Positions 1 to 9,473 of a DNA stretch of 57,498 nucleotides are shown here, in pieces (within the stretch, counting starts at the first letter, position 1; each line of letters starts with the position of its first letter). The DNA comes from a bacterium (GTDB taxonomy: Bacteria; Cyanobacteriota; Vampirovibrionia; Obscuribacterales; JAKAZS01). Made by a program: the position numbers and the translations under genes. The notes beneath the pieces were generated by a model. The model saw nothing but the letters and a program-made list of their open reading frames with translations, did not search any database and was not told the origin of the DNA. The DNA lies in the NCBI GenBank assembly GCA_021815785.1, contig JAKAZS010000006.1, positions 1-57,498 on the forward strand. Direction: 5' to 3'.

Positions 1-90
1 TCAGTTGTAAGCTCTTGAACTGGTTCAAGCTCTTGGGCTAAAGTCATTTCAGTTGCAGGCTCTTGAACTGGTTCGAGCTCTTGGGCTAAA
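1..90. repeat. 48-bp period in-frame tandem repeat (16 aa, LAQELEPVQExxTE), probably continuing past the window edge
   Basis: 1-42 tcagttgtaagctcttgaactggttcaagctcttgggctaaa vs 49-90 tcagttgcaggctcttgaactggttcgagctcttgggctaaa (3 mismatches). Confidence 0.85.
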
Positions 91-2207
91 ATTGGTTCAG
101 AAAATAAATCGGCTGATAGAGTTGGATTCTCTTCTAGAGGTGTACTGTCTTCTTCAATAGATACGTTAGACAGTTCAGCTGATAGTTCGGGTTTTTGAAT
201 GTTTATTTCGTTAAGGCTTTCATTATTATCAGCTGTTTTTGACATTATGTCTTCGACATTCTTGTTAGATAATATAGTTGAATTATAATTTTGTGGTTCG
301 ACATCTACGGTTTTCAATCGGATAAAAGTTGCTGAACTTTTTAATTTTGCCATTTGTTTTCGAGCTTCAATAAAAGTATTATAGTTATCATCCTGGATTA
401 CTTCTATTGATTTATTAGCGGGTTTGTTGTTTTTTGTTTTAGAACTTGAACTGATTACCAAATCATCTGTAATAAGTTGTTTTACCATGTTTTCGATATC
501 GTTGGGATTGATAATGTCATCAATGTTGTTGTACACAACTTTATTAGACCTAGTTTCAGATGTATTTATATCTGCAGCTGTTTCTTTTGATATAGGTTCA
601 GGTATTTCATTTTCTAAACTGACTTCTACATTATTGTTAATCTCTAAGTCCTTATCTTTAAAGTTTCCGATAGCTAACGTTAATTGGTTATCGGGATTTT
701 CAATAGTTACTTCAATATTATTGCTTTCAATTGTTTGATTGGAATTTTCAATTGAATAAATATTTGGAGTATTAGTTGTAATCCCATAATCGGTATCATT
801 TTCTAAAGTAACTTCAACATTAGGATTTTGGGATTCAGTACTAATTGCCTCAATGTTATTGTCCAAGGTATCAATTTCGGAACTTGATTTATAATCTGTG
901 ATATTATTTAAATTATTATCAATTTCATTGTTTGAGTCAATGTTATTGTCCAAGGTATCAATTTCATTATTTGAATCATTGTCCATATCTTCACTAACAA
1001 TTTCTGGCACAGATACTGAGTTGTTTTTTTCATTGGTGGTGTTGATAAGATCAATAGAATTTAAAAGAGAATCTAAATCTTGAATATTATATGTCGGTTT
1101 TAATGGTGTATTTATTACAGTAGAATTATTATCTAACTTCTCTGCTTTATCAGCTTTTTTAGTCAGAGATTCTCTGACCAAAGAATCTCTGATAGGATTA
1201 GATTTATTTTCTGAACTCGGCTTAGGAGTATTCTTGTTTAGTGGTTTTACCGCTGGGTTTTCGGTGACAGGTATTTTACTGTTGTTTTTATTAGGGAATT
1301 TAAGCTTTTTGGTACTTCTCTCAATGGATTTAGCTTTTTCTGACGGCTCAGGAATTTTAGTGTTATTAGTATTAAGGGTTGTATTACTTTGAGTGTTAGC
1401 ATCAATTGCATGAAGAACATCGTCAATTTTAATTTGCGTATAACTGTCTGAAGGAGAGGCAGTTTTTGGGGATTCTGGTGGTTTGGGTGTAGTTTTATCG
1501 ATTCGATCTAAAATTGAAAATAGATTTTCTTCCCGGAAAATTGATTCATCGGTAAATTCGATTTTTTCACTACTTGGCTTATTTGACTTTAGGTGTTTTT
1601 TTATGGGATTTTTTGTGTCGGTTTCAGAATTTACTAAATCAGTGTTGCTTTTATCATTTCTGGATGTGGTATCTTTACTGATTGGTGCTGTTAAATTCTC
1701 TTGACCAGTTTTATCAGCTTGGCTGTCAGCTATTGAGGTTAAATTTTGTTTAGAAGTTTTTGTCTGGCTATGATGGCTGCGCAATACTTCATCAGCTTTG
1801 TTTAATTCTAAGGATAATTCAGTAACGGGAATATTAATTTTAAAACATATTTTATAATTAACAGCTATACCAATAAGCAGAATTGCTTGTTGAACAATAT
1901 TAAATTCGATTAAATTAACCGGTAAAAGTAAAATAATACTTTTACTAATATAAAAAAATGCCATATTTAGCAAAGCTATTATGAATATAGAAAATACGGA
2001 AAATTTAATTATATTAATTTTAGCCGTTTGGAAGAAGAGAAATGTTGGCAATATTATTGAGAATGCAAGGTATACCCCAAGTAAAACAAAAATATTCACT
2101 TTGAATATTAAATTTGGGGTAAATTTTGTAATAAAAACTGTTGTTGACAACCAAATTAAAACAACCAATATTTGTGGCCATTTAATTTCTAATGATAATC
2201 GTTGCAT
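1..2207 (-). CDS. Large hypothetical membrane-anchored protein (>=735 aa, 3' end beyond left window edge): N-terminal multi-TM region plus long low-complexity acidic repeat tail
   Basis: Manual translation: ATG at 2207 (in-frame TAG upstream at 2231-2229), MQRLSLEIKWPQILVVLIWLSTTVFI...; same phase as the repeat at position 3 (...EPILAQELEPVQEPATEMTLAQELEPVQELTT) and no stop seen. Not in the ORF track, presumably because it has no stop in the window; the + strand ORFs here are its antisense shadows. Confidence 0.85.
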   Translation of the reverse strand, partial: MQRLSLEIKWPQILVVLIWLSTTVFITKFTPNLIFKVNIFVLLGVYLAFSIILPTFLFFQTAKINIIKFSVFSIFIIALLNMAFFYISKSIILLLPVNLIEFNIVQQAILLIGIAVNYKICFKINIPVTELSLELNKADEVLRSHHSQTKTSKQNLTSIADSQADKTGQENLTAPISKDTTSRNDKSNTDLVNSETDTKNPIKKHLKSNKPSSEKIEFTDESIFREENLFSILDRIDKTTPKPPESPKTASPSDSYTQIKIDDVLHAIDANTQSNTTLNTNNTKIPEPSEKAKSIERSTKKLKFPNKNNSKIPVTENPAVKPLNKNTPKPSSENKSNPIRDSLVRESLTKKADKAEKLDNNSTVINTPLKPTYNIQDLDSLLNSIDLINTTNEKNNSVSVPEIVSEDMDNDSNNEIDTLDNNIDSNNEIDNNLNNITDYKSSSEIDTLDNNIEAISTESQNPNVEVTLENDTDYGITTNTPNIYSIENSNQTIESNNIEVTIENPDNQLTLAIGNFKDKDLEINNNVEVSLENEIPEPISKETAADINTSETRSNKVVYNNIDDIINPNDIENMVKQLITDDLVISSSSKTKNNKPANKSIEVIQDDNYNTFIEARKQMAKLKSSATFIRLKTVDVEPQNYNSTILSNKNVEDIMSKTADNNESLNEINIQKPELSAELSNVSIEEDSTPLEENPTLSADLFSEPILAQELEPVQEPATEMTLAQELEPVQELTT
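850..965. repeat. 29-bp perfect direct repeat, 87 bp apart (encodes EIDTLDNNI twice)
   Basis: tcaatgttattgtccaaggtatcaatttc at 850-878 and 937-965. Confidence 0.85.
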
Positions 2208-2328
2208 TTTTTTAATTGGGTTCCATTGCTATCTTAATTACTTATATTCCCAAATTAGTATTAGTTAATGCATATAAATAATTTTCTTGCTTAATTTTAT
2301 TAGGCATTTTAAGGTTGAAACTTAAATT

Positions 2329-2985
2329 TTAGTTGTTTTGATTCTCTTCATCAATTTCGTCTATTAAAGAAAATAAATTCTTTTTCTTAAATTTATTGGC
2401 TTCATCATCATAAATTTGTAACTGACCACCTTTAGATAATGATTTAATTTTTATTTGGGTATCTCTTAATTTTGAGATATTTTTGTTCACCTGGGTAATT
2501 TCCTGATTTGTTGAATCGATTTTATCCAAAGCCTTCAAATTAGATTTTGTACGTTTAATTGCAGAATCTTCTATGTCATGCAATGCCGTGACTGAAAAGC
2601 TGCGATAAATAAAGAAAAACCCGGCTAAAAAAATGGATGATATTTGCAGGTAATTAAATAAAAGGTATTTATTTTCGATTAATTGGGTTGAATTGGTAAG
2701 AATATTAGCCATAAATGCAAAGCCAAATATAAATGAAATTAAGTTTAAGCTGACTTTTATGATATTTTTTTGACCGGATCTTAAAAAGAGAATACTGGAT
2801 ATAAAATATGCAGTGGAAATGGTAATAACAATAAATTGGATAAGACTTATTTTTAGTAACAGAACATTAAAGAGTGAGGGTATTATTAGGCATAAACTTA
2901 TTACAAAAATAGATATAATAGCCAATTCAATATATTTGAACTGGTAATTTAAGACGTAATTTTGGCTGACTTTTGTATGATTCAT
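2329..2985 (-). CDS. Hypothetical membrane protein (about 4 TM helices plus charged C-terminal tail)
   Basis: 218-aa ORF, hydrophobic first ~135 aa, co-oriented downstream of pheT. Confidence 0.8.
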   Translation of the reverse strand: MNHTKVSQNYVLNYQFKYIELAIISIFVISLCLIIPSLFNVLLLKISLIQFIVITISTAYFISSILFLRSGQKNIIKVSLNLISFIFGFAFMANILTNSTQLIENKYLLFNYLQISSIFLAGFFFIYRSFSVTALHDIEDSAIKRTKSNLKALDKIDSTNQEITQVNKNISKLRDTQIKIKSLSKGGQLQIYDDEANKFKKKNLFSLIDEIDEENQNN

Positions 2986-3012
2986 AAATTTAATGTTAAC
3001 ATAATTTAATAA

Positions 3013-3050
3013 TAATTCGAAAAAATTTAATATTAAATTTTTTCGAATTA
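3013..3050. terminator. Perfect 38-bp palindrome overlapping the pheT stop codon; probable terminator or processing hairpin
   Basis: taattcgaaaaaatttaat|attaaattttttcgaatta. Confidence 0.55.
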
Positions 3051-5504
3051 GCGAAATGTGACTTGGTAATTCTTACTGAGATTTAATTTTATCAAATCAA
3101 TTATACTGTCAATCTCAATTGCCGTAAGCGTTGTATTAGGATCTTGAAAGTTTAATCGATAGGTAAGACTAGTGGTGTTTTCATTAAGATGGTAGAGGCT
3201 AGTTAGTTCACAATTTATTAATTTAGAATCAGCATAATTTATAATGGCTGATTTTAAATCTTGCTGGAGTATATTTTTTAATACATCAATAGTTATGTCT
3301 CGAGAAACTACTGGCGTGACAGCAATAGATTTAAATTTTGCCTTGGCTTGGTATTGTTCGCATTTGTTTAGATCAAGTTCAAATATACAGGCACGATTTT
3401 TTAGGTTAAATTTATGATTTATTTGTGGGTGAAGTTCACCAATTATGCCAAGATCGGTCTTGATATCGGCGTTGTAAGCGAATTTAGCACTTCGACCTGG
3501 ATGTAATTGAGGATGATTAATTATTTCATAGGTAATAAGGTTAAGGTCCATACCAAGGTTGGTAAGGACGTTTTCGAGTATACCTTTAAGTCTAAAATAG
3601 GCGCAATAGTCTGTTTCTTTGGTATGAGCTAGCCAATTACTATTTTCATTATTGCCATAGATTAGAGCGCTTAGCATCCGTGTTTCTTGAACATTAGTCG
3701 TCTTAGGATTTAAGGATTGCGTAGAGCTATTATTGTTGTCTTTAATTGTATAAGTGAAGGCATTTTCAAAGATCCAGATATCTTTGTATTGGCGATCGAG
3801 ATTATATTTAAAAACTTCAATCAAACCGGGGATAAGACTTTCTCTTAAAACTTCGTGATCTCGTGAAATTGGATTTAAGACCCGAATACTATTTGCACTT
3901 ATATTTTTAGGAATTAAGGAACTTGTCCAGATTTCATTAAAGCCATAGCCAACAAGCACTGAATTAGCCAAGTTGCTGATATTGGTATTAGAAGGCAATG
4001 AATCAATAGAATCAGCTTTATTAATTGGAATGTTTTCATAGCCATATAACCTGGCAATTTCCTCAATTACATCAATTGGACTAGTTATATCTTTTAGCCG
4101 GTAATTAGGTGGTGTTACTACTAATTCATTATTATCAGTGCTGACAATTTTAAAGCCTAAGCGCATAAGTATATTACTAACTTGAACAATGGTTAAAGCT
4201 AGTCCTAAAGTACTATTGATTTTGATAAGGTTTACGGTAAGCTCCACTAAATCACTTTCACTATTGCCTTGGGCAAATACGCTTGAATATTTTAAATCAG
4301 GGTTTTGGGCTAAACCATAATTTAAAATTAGATAAATTGCTCGCTGTAAACTAATCAAATTATTAGCTTTAATGACGCCACGTTCAAATCTAAGTGAGCT
4401 ATCGCTGCTTAGTCCTAATTTACGACTGGAATGTCTAATAGTTTTAGCGTTGAAAGTTGCTGATTCAAGAACTATGGTATTAGTAGTATCACTAATTTCA
4501 CTATCTTTTCCGCCCATAATCCCAGCTATACCAAGTGGTATACTATCATTAGCAATAATCAAATTGGTTGAATCAAGTATCTTTTCACGATTATCAATCG
4601 CGGTTATTACTTCATTAGGTAAACCCTTGCGAACGATGAAATTATTATTTTGATTTAACTTATTATAATCGTAGGCATGCATTGGTTGACCCATTTCATG
4701 TAAGACATAATTGGTAATATCAACAATAAAATTAATACTTCTGACGCCAATAGATTCTAGTCTTCTTTGAATTTTTAACGGACTTGGTAGTGCTTTAAAA
4801 TTTTTAAGGGCAGCCAGTAAAAAATAGGGGCAGTCATCAAGGTTTTCGATAATGATATTTAATTTTAGAAAATTTTCACAATGCTGTTTAAATTCATCTA
4901 AATTTGTTTGTGGCTCAATTAAGGGAAAATCATAAATGGCGGCTATTTCCCTAGCCATACCAAAGTGTGACAAGGCATCTGGTCGATTAGATCTTGGTTC
5001 AATGTGTAAAATAAAATCTTGGTTTAAATAAAGTTTTTCAATTAAATTTTGGCCAGGGTAAAAATTGTCTAAAATATAGATACCATTGCTGTCATTGTTA
5101 TTTAGTCCTAGCTCAGCGGCCGAACATAGCATACCATCAGATGTTTGCCCGCGAATTTTTGATTTTTTTATGGGTAAAACTGAATTGTCGTGACGATTCA
5201 GGACAAGTGCTCCAGGTAAAGCTACTGGAACCACATTACCAACTTCGATATTCCAGGCACCACAGACAATATCACGAATTTCGGTATCAGATATTTGAAC
5301 TTTAGTTAGGCGAATTTTATCTGCATTTGGGTGGGGGTTGATTTCTAAGATTTTGCCAGCAATAATTGGTCCGACAATATTAGCTCCATAAGTTGATACT
5401 TCTTCAACTTCAAAGGCATAATTGGTTAATTTGTCGGCTAAAGATTGAGGACTTATATTGGATAGATTAACAAAGTCATTAAGCCAAGAGTAAGAAAATT
5501 TCAT
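3048..5504 (-). CDS. pheT: Phenylalanine--tRNA ligase beta subunit
   Basis: MKFSYSWL start, HPNADK tRNA-binding OB domain, NRPDALSHFGMARE, SSLRFERG, EEIARLYGY, HPGRSA; follows pheS. Confidence 0.98.
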   Translation of the reverse strand: MKFSYSWLNDFVNLSNISPQSLADKLTNYAFEVEEVSTYGANIVGPIIAGKILEINPHPNADKIRLTKVQISDTEIRDIVCGAWNIEVGNVVPVALPGALVLNRHDNSVLPIKKSKIRGQTSDGMLCSAAELGLNNNDSNGIYILDNFYPGQNLIEKLYLNQDFILHIEPRSNRPDALSHFGMAREIAAIYDFPLIEPQTNLDEFKQHCENFLKLNIIIENLDDCPYFLLAALKNFKALPSPLKIQRRLESIGVRSINFIVDITNYVLHEMGQPMHAYDYNKLNQNNNFIVRKGLPNEVITAIDNREKILDSTNLIIANDSIPLGIAGIMGGKDSEISDTTNTIVLESATFNAKTIRHSSRKLGLSSDSSLRFERGVIKANNLISLQRAIYLILNYGLAQNPDLKYSSVFAQGNSESDLVELTVNLIKINSTLGLALTIVQVSNILMRLGFKIVSTDNNELVVTPPNYRLKDITSPIDVIEEIARLYGYENIPINKADSIDSLPSNTNISNLANSVLVGYGFNEIWTSSLIPKNISANSIRVLNPISRDHEVLRESLIPGLIEVFKYNLDRQYKDIWIFENAFTYTIKDNNNSSTQSLNPKTTNVQETRMLSALIYGNNENSNWLAHTKETDYCAYFRLKGILENVLTNLGMDLNLITYEIINHPQLHPGRSAKFAYNADIKTDLGIIGELHPQINHKFNLKNRACIFELDLNKCEQYQAKAKFKSIAVTPVVSRDITIDVLKNILQQDLKSAIINYADSKLINCELTSLYHLNENTTSLTYRLNFQDPNTTLTAIEIDSIIDLIKLNLSKNYQVTFR

Positions 5505-5521
5505 AATTAAATCCTGTATTG

Positions 5522-6568
5522 CTAAAACTGTTCAATAAATCTAATATCATTATTATAGAAATAACGGATATCATTAATTCCAAATTTTATCATAGCCAGC
5601 CTTTCAACTCCCATGCCGAAAGCAAAACCTTCATAGTTCTCATAATTAGGTCCAATATTTTTTAAAACATTAGGATGCACCATACCACAACCTAAGATTT
5701 CAAGCCAGCCTTTATAGCCACAAGTTTTGCACCCTTGGGTTTCACAAAAGGGGCATTCACAGTCAACTTCAGCACTTGGTTCGGTGAACGGGAAAAAATC
5801 TGGTCTAAATCTTGTTTTTAAATCACGTTCAAAAAACAAATTAATAAATTTTTGTAAAGTCCATTTTAATTGCCCAAAATTAACATTTTTATTGACATAT
5901 AAACCTTCGACTTGATGGAAAATTGGATATTTGCGAGCATTAATTTCTTCGTTGCGATAGACCCGACCAATAGAAATGATTTTTAAAGGCGGATTAGTTT
6001 TTTCCATAGCTCTAATTTGAACTGTCGATGTTTGGCTTCGAAGTAAAACATGGGGTGCTACATTAGTATAAAATGTATCCTGTTCATCACGAGCTGGATG
6101 GTCAAAGTCAATATTTAAGGCATCAAAATTATAATAGTTAGTTTCAATTTCAGGACCAAAAACCTGATTAAATCCCATGCCCTGAAAAATATTGCCAATT
6201 CTTTGACAAATTAAGCTTAATGGATGATAATGACCAGATTTACGATTTAAGCCTGGCAAAGTAATGTCAATAGATTCGGTCTCAATTTGTTTGGTGATTT
6301 CTAATTCAGATAAGGATTGCTGATAATTTTCATAAGACTGGTTTAAAGTTTCTTTAATTGTATTAGCCAATTCGCCAATGGATTTTTTCTGTTCAATGGA
6401 GTCTATTTTGCCTAAAAGTTTCAAAAGGTCATTAAATTTACTTTTGCGGCCTAAATATTCTTGTTTCCAGATTTCAAGGAGGTCGATTTTATTAATATCG
6501 GTTAATTTTGTTAAAGCTTCGTTTTTAATATTGTTTAACTCAATTTCAAAATTTTCATTAAAAACCAT
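5522..6568 (-). CDS. pheS: Phenylalanine--tRNA ligase alpha subunit
   Basis: HPARDEQDTF, GRVYR, FHQVEG, FPFTEPSAE, GFAFGMGVERLAM. Confidence 0.99.
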   Translation of the reverse strand: MVFNENFEIELNNIKNEALTKLTDINKIDLLEIWKQEYLGRKSKFNDLLKLLGKIDSIEQKKSIGELANTIKETLNQSYENYQQSLSELEITKQIETESIDITLPGLNRKSGHYHPLSLICQRIGNIFQGMGFNQVFGPEIETNYYNFDALNIDFDHPARDEQDTFYTNVAPHVLLRSQTSTVQIRAMEKTNPPLKIISIGRVYRNEEINARKYPIFHQVEGLYVNKNVNFGQLKWTLQKFINLFFERDLKTRFRPDFFPFTEPSAEVDCECPFCETQGCKTCGYKGWLEILGCGMVHPNVLKNIGPNYENYEGFAFGMGVERLAMIKFGINDIRYFYNNDIRFIEQF

Positions 6569-6738
6569 GTTAATTTCCTTATATTTGATACTTAATCATA
6601 ATAATAACTAGACTATATTGAAATAATTCAATATTATTAATACTTATTTATGAATTATTAATTAGCTAAATATGAGTTTTAAGTATTAATATTAAAAATT
6701 GTTAATTAATCTTTTGTCTTATTAAGGTTTCAAGACGG

Positions 6739-7230
6739 ATGGGCAAATTGTACAAGTATAAAAATTATCCTCAAAATAAACCCAAAAATCGGATTCCGAC
6801 TATACGGGTTTCAGTTGTCATTATTAACGAAAAACAGGAAATTCTGTTGGTTTTACATAAAAAACCCAGTTGTTCTTACTGGGTGTTGCCGGGTGGCCGT
6901 TTAGAATATGGCGAAACCTTAACACAGTGTGCAATTCGTGAAATTAAAGAAGAAACTAATCTGGAAATTATGGTGGAGCGATTTATTTTTCTTTCTGAAG
7001 CTATTGCCCCAAATAAATCAAGACATATTGTTAATTTTTATGTTAAGGCCAGGGTTATTGGTGGGACGATGCAATTAGGCGACGATCCAGTTCTTGAAGC
7101 TGTGGATTATGTTTCTATTCATGAGTTGGATAAAATTACGCTTTTCCCCCCAGTACATCATGCAATTTTACGGGCAGCTTCGAATAAATTAATTGAAGGT
7201 ATTGAATATTTAGGTAATTTATGGGTTTAG
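6739..7230 (+). CDS. Nudix hydrolase
   Basis: Nudix box GGRLEYGETLTQCAIREIKEETNL. Confidence 0.93.
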   Translation: MGKLYKYKNYPQNKPKNRIPTIRVSVVIINEKQEILLVLHKKPSCSYWVLPGGRLEYGETLTQCAIREIKEETNLEIMVERFIFLSEAIAPNKSRHIVNFYVKARVIGGTMQLGDDPVLEAVDYVSIHELDKITLFPPVHHAILRAASNKLIEGIEYLGNLWV

Positions 7231-7252
7231 AATATATTAAAAGGAGAAAATT

Positions 7253-7378
7253 ATGACATTTCAAGTTGGCGAAAAAAGAGCGCGTAAAGTTGCTAAACGC
7301 AAGGCCAAAACAGTTAAACTAACAAAGCTCAATAATATTAAAAAGACAACTAAACCGTTAGTTAAAACGTCAAGCTAA
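7253..7378 (+). CDS. Small Lys/Arg-rich protein, 41 aa (not in ORF track)
   Basis: AAGGAG Shine-Dalgarno at 7241-7246, ATG 7253, MTFQVGEKRARKVAKRKAKTVKLTKLNNIKKTTKPLVKTSS, TAA 7376-7378. Confidence 0.65.
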   Translation: MTFQVGEKRARKVAKRKAKTVKLTKLNNIKKTTKPLVKTSS

Positions 7379-7464
7379 ATTTAAGTAGTCAAGAAGTCAG
7401 GTTAAAAATTAATGCCTGTTTTTCTGAGTAATTTTATAGCCAAGTAACAGGATTTCGATAGTTT

Positions 7465-7905
7465 TTATTTGTTAACTAGTAAATATGTTTTAAGCTCACT
7501 ATGTTTGTCACCTAATGTGCTTTTAATAAAAATTGGTAGCATTCCTGGTTTGCAATTACTGTTGACCGTAAAGGTAAAACTGGCTTTACCATCCTTATTG
7601 GTTTTAACCGTATTGGCTGACGACATTTTTAAGGCTTTATTTTCTTCAAGTATAATTGTCGATTCACTATCAGATTTTACGCTGATAGTCCCTGAGCCAC
7701 CTGGTTTAACTGGTGCTGTAATATCTAATAAAACTACCGGTATTTCCATACCGGTTTTGCTTAAAGTATTATGTTCAAAAGCTGGTATCTTTAATTCTTC
7801 GACGGCCGTATCAGATTTAATTTTTTTAGTATCAGCCAATGTTGAAGTAATTAACTGGGGACTTAAGATTAAAGTTAAAATAATTAATTTGTTTAAGTTT
7901 TTCAT
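7465..7905 (-). CDS. Hypothetical exported protein, possibly Ig-like beta-sandwich
   Basis: Signal-peptide-like N-terminus; TNKDGKASFTFTV resembles bacterial Ig-like strands. Confidence 0.7.
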   Translation of the reverse strand: MKNLNKLIILTLILSPQLITSTLADTKKIKSDTAVEELKIPAFEHNTLSKTGMEIPVVLLDITAPVKPGGSGTISVKSDSESTIILEENKALKMSSANTVKTNKDGKASFTFTVNSNCKPGMLPIFIKSTLGDKHSELKTYLLVNK

Positions 7906-7951
7906 CCTGTAACATCCTTATTATATAAATTATCAAAATTTGTGAAAACAC

Positions 7952-9430
7952 TTACTTTATTTTCCAAGTTGTCTTTGCTGAATCCATCACCTCAATGCCA
8001 AATGATAAAAGCTTATCACGAATATAATCGGATTGTTTAAAATCCTTATTACTTCTGCTTAAATTCCTTAATTCAATTATTAGATTAACCAAGTCAAGGG
8101 CTGTTGATGGTGGTACTTTTTGGCTTTCATCAACGAGCGTAAAGCCTAAGACTTGAGCATAAATTTTAAGTAGAATGGCTAAATTTTGTTTGGTTTTTAA
8201 ATCTGGGCTAGTTTGGATTTGATCACTTAAATTAAACAGTTTAGATATAGCAATAGCAGTATTAAAATCATTATTCATGGCTTCTTCAAACTCTAATTGA
8301 AAATTTTGGCCAAAATCGGTGGGAATATTTAAAGTATTTAAGAATTCTTGGATTTGTGATTTAGTCGGTAGAAATTTATTATAGTTAGGCTCATTAATTT
8401 TTGGTTTAAGAAAATCTGGCCAGGTTATACCTGGATCTATAGCCTGGATACTATTAACCAGTCGATTAATCGCTAGTTTAGCTGCACTAAGGCCAGACGG
8501 GGAAAAGTCTACGGGATGGCGATAGTTATTTTGTAAAACAAATAAACGAATTGTATCACTAGAGTATGAGCCTAGTAATTCATTGATTGTGGTAAAATTA
8601 CCCAACGATTTAGACATTTTTTGAGATTTTACGTTTACAAAATTATTATGAATCCAGAATCTAGCTAACTGTTTATGATGCAAGCATTCAGATTGGGCAA
8701 TTTCGTTTTCGTGGTGGGGAAAAATCAGATCCTCGCCACCACCATGAATATCAATTGTTTCGCCTAAGACATGTTTGATCATGGTTGAGCATTCAATATT
8801 CCATCCCGGTCGCCCCAGTCCCCAAGGGCTTGGCCATACGGTTTCATGAATATCACAAACTTTCCATAAGGCAAAATCAATTGGACTACGTTTGTATTTG
8901 CTTAATTCGTCTTGAGATCGAACCTGTTCACGAGCACCAGTCAATAATTCATTGATATTTTTTTTAGCTAATTTGCCATATTCTTTAAAAGTCTGGCAAC
9001 TAAAATAAACATCTCCAGTTGAACTTACATAAGCATGATTTGTCGCAATTAATTCTTCAATAAATGCGATCATTTGCGCTAGATAATCAGTAGCTTTAGG
9101 TTCTAAGTCAGGGCTGACTGTATTAAGGGCTTGCATTTCCTTACTAAAGGCATTGGCATAATAACGGGAAATCTGTTCACTGGTTAACTTTAATTCCATG
9201 GCTTTTTGGACAATTTTGCCATCAATATCGGTAATATTTCTTGTGTAATTTACGTTATAGCCAAGATAACGTAAATAGCGCACTATGATATCAAACACTA
9301 ATCCCATTCTGGCGTGGCCTAAATGACTTAAATCGTAGACAGTTGGACCACAAACATACATTAAAACCGTATTATTGTTTAACGGTTTAAATTCCTCTTT
9401 TGAATTCGTAAGCGTATTATAAATTTGCAT
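7952..9430 (-). CDS. cysS: Cysteine--tRNA ligase
   Basis: MYVCGPTVYD, HLGH (HIGH), DFALWK, DIHGGGEDLIFPHHENE, KMSKS. Confidence 0.97.
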   Translation of the reverse strand: MQIYNTLTNSKEEFKPLNNNTVLMYVCGPTVYDLSHLGHARMGLVFDIIVRYLRYLGYNVNYTRNITDIDGKIVQKAMELKLTSEQISRYYANAFSKEMQALNTVSPDLEPKATDYLAQMIAFIEELIATNHAYVSSTGDVYFSCQTFKEYGKLAKKNINELLTGAREQVRSQDELSKYKRSPIDFALWKVCDIHETVWPSPWGLGRPGWNIECSTMIKHVLGETIDIHGGGEDLIFPHHENEIAQSECLHHKQLARFWIHNNFVNVKSQKMSKSLGNFTTINELLGSYSSDTIRLFVLQNNYRHPVDFSPSGLSAAKLAINRLVNSIQAIDPGITWPDFLKPKINEPNYNKFLPTKSQIQEFLNTLNIPTDFGQNFQLEFEEAMNNDFNTAIAISKLFNLSDQIQTSPDLKTKQNLAILLKIYAQVLGFTLVDESQKVPPSTALDLVNLIIELRNLSRSNKDFKQSDYIRDKLLSFGIEVMDSAKTTWKIK

Positions 9431-9473
9431 TATATATCGATAGCCTAAATAAATTTTAAGTTAATATAGCATA

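Noticed and set aside
424-2268. + strand ORFs 424-738, 898-1083, 1483-1704, 1981-2268
   Set aside because: Antisense shadows (mostly S/L/I/F-rich) of the long - strand ORF 1-2207.
7469-7912. 147-aa + strand ORF
   Set aside because: Completely overlaps the - strand ORF 7465-7905, which has a signal peptide and fits the cysS-gltX orientation.
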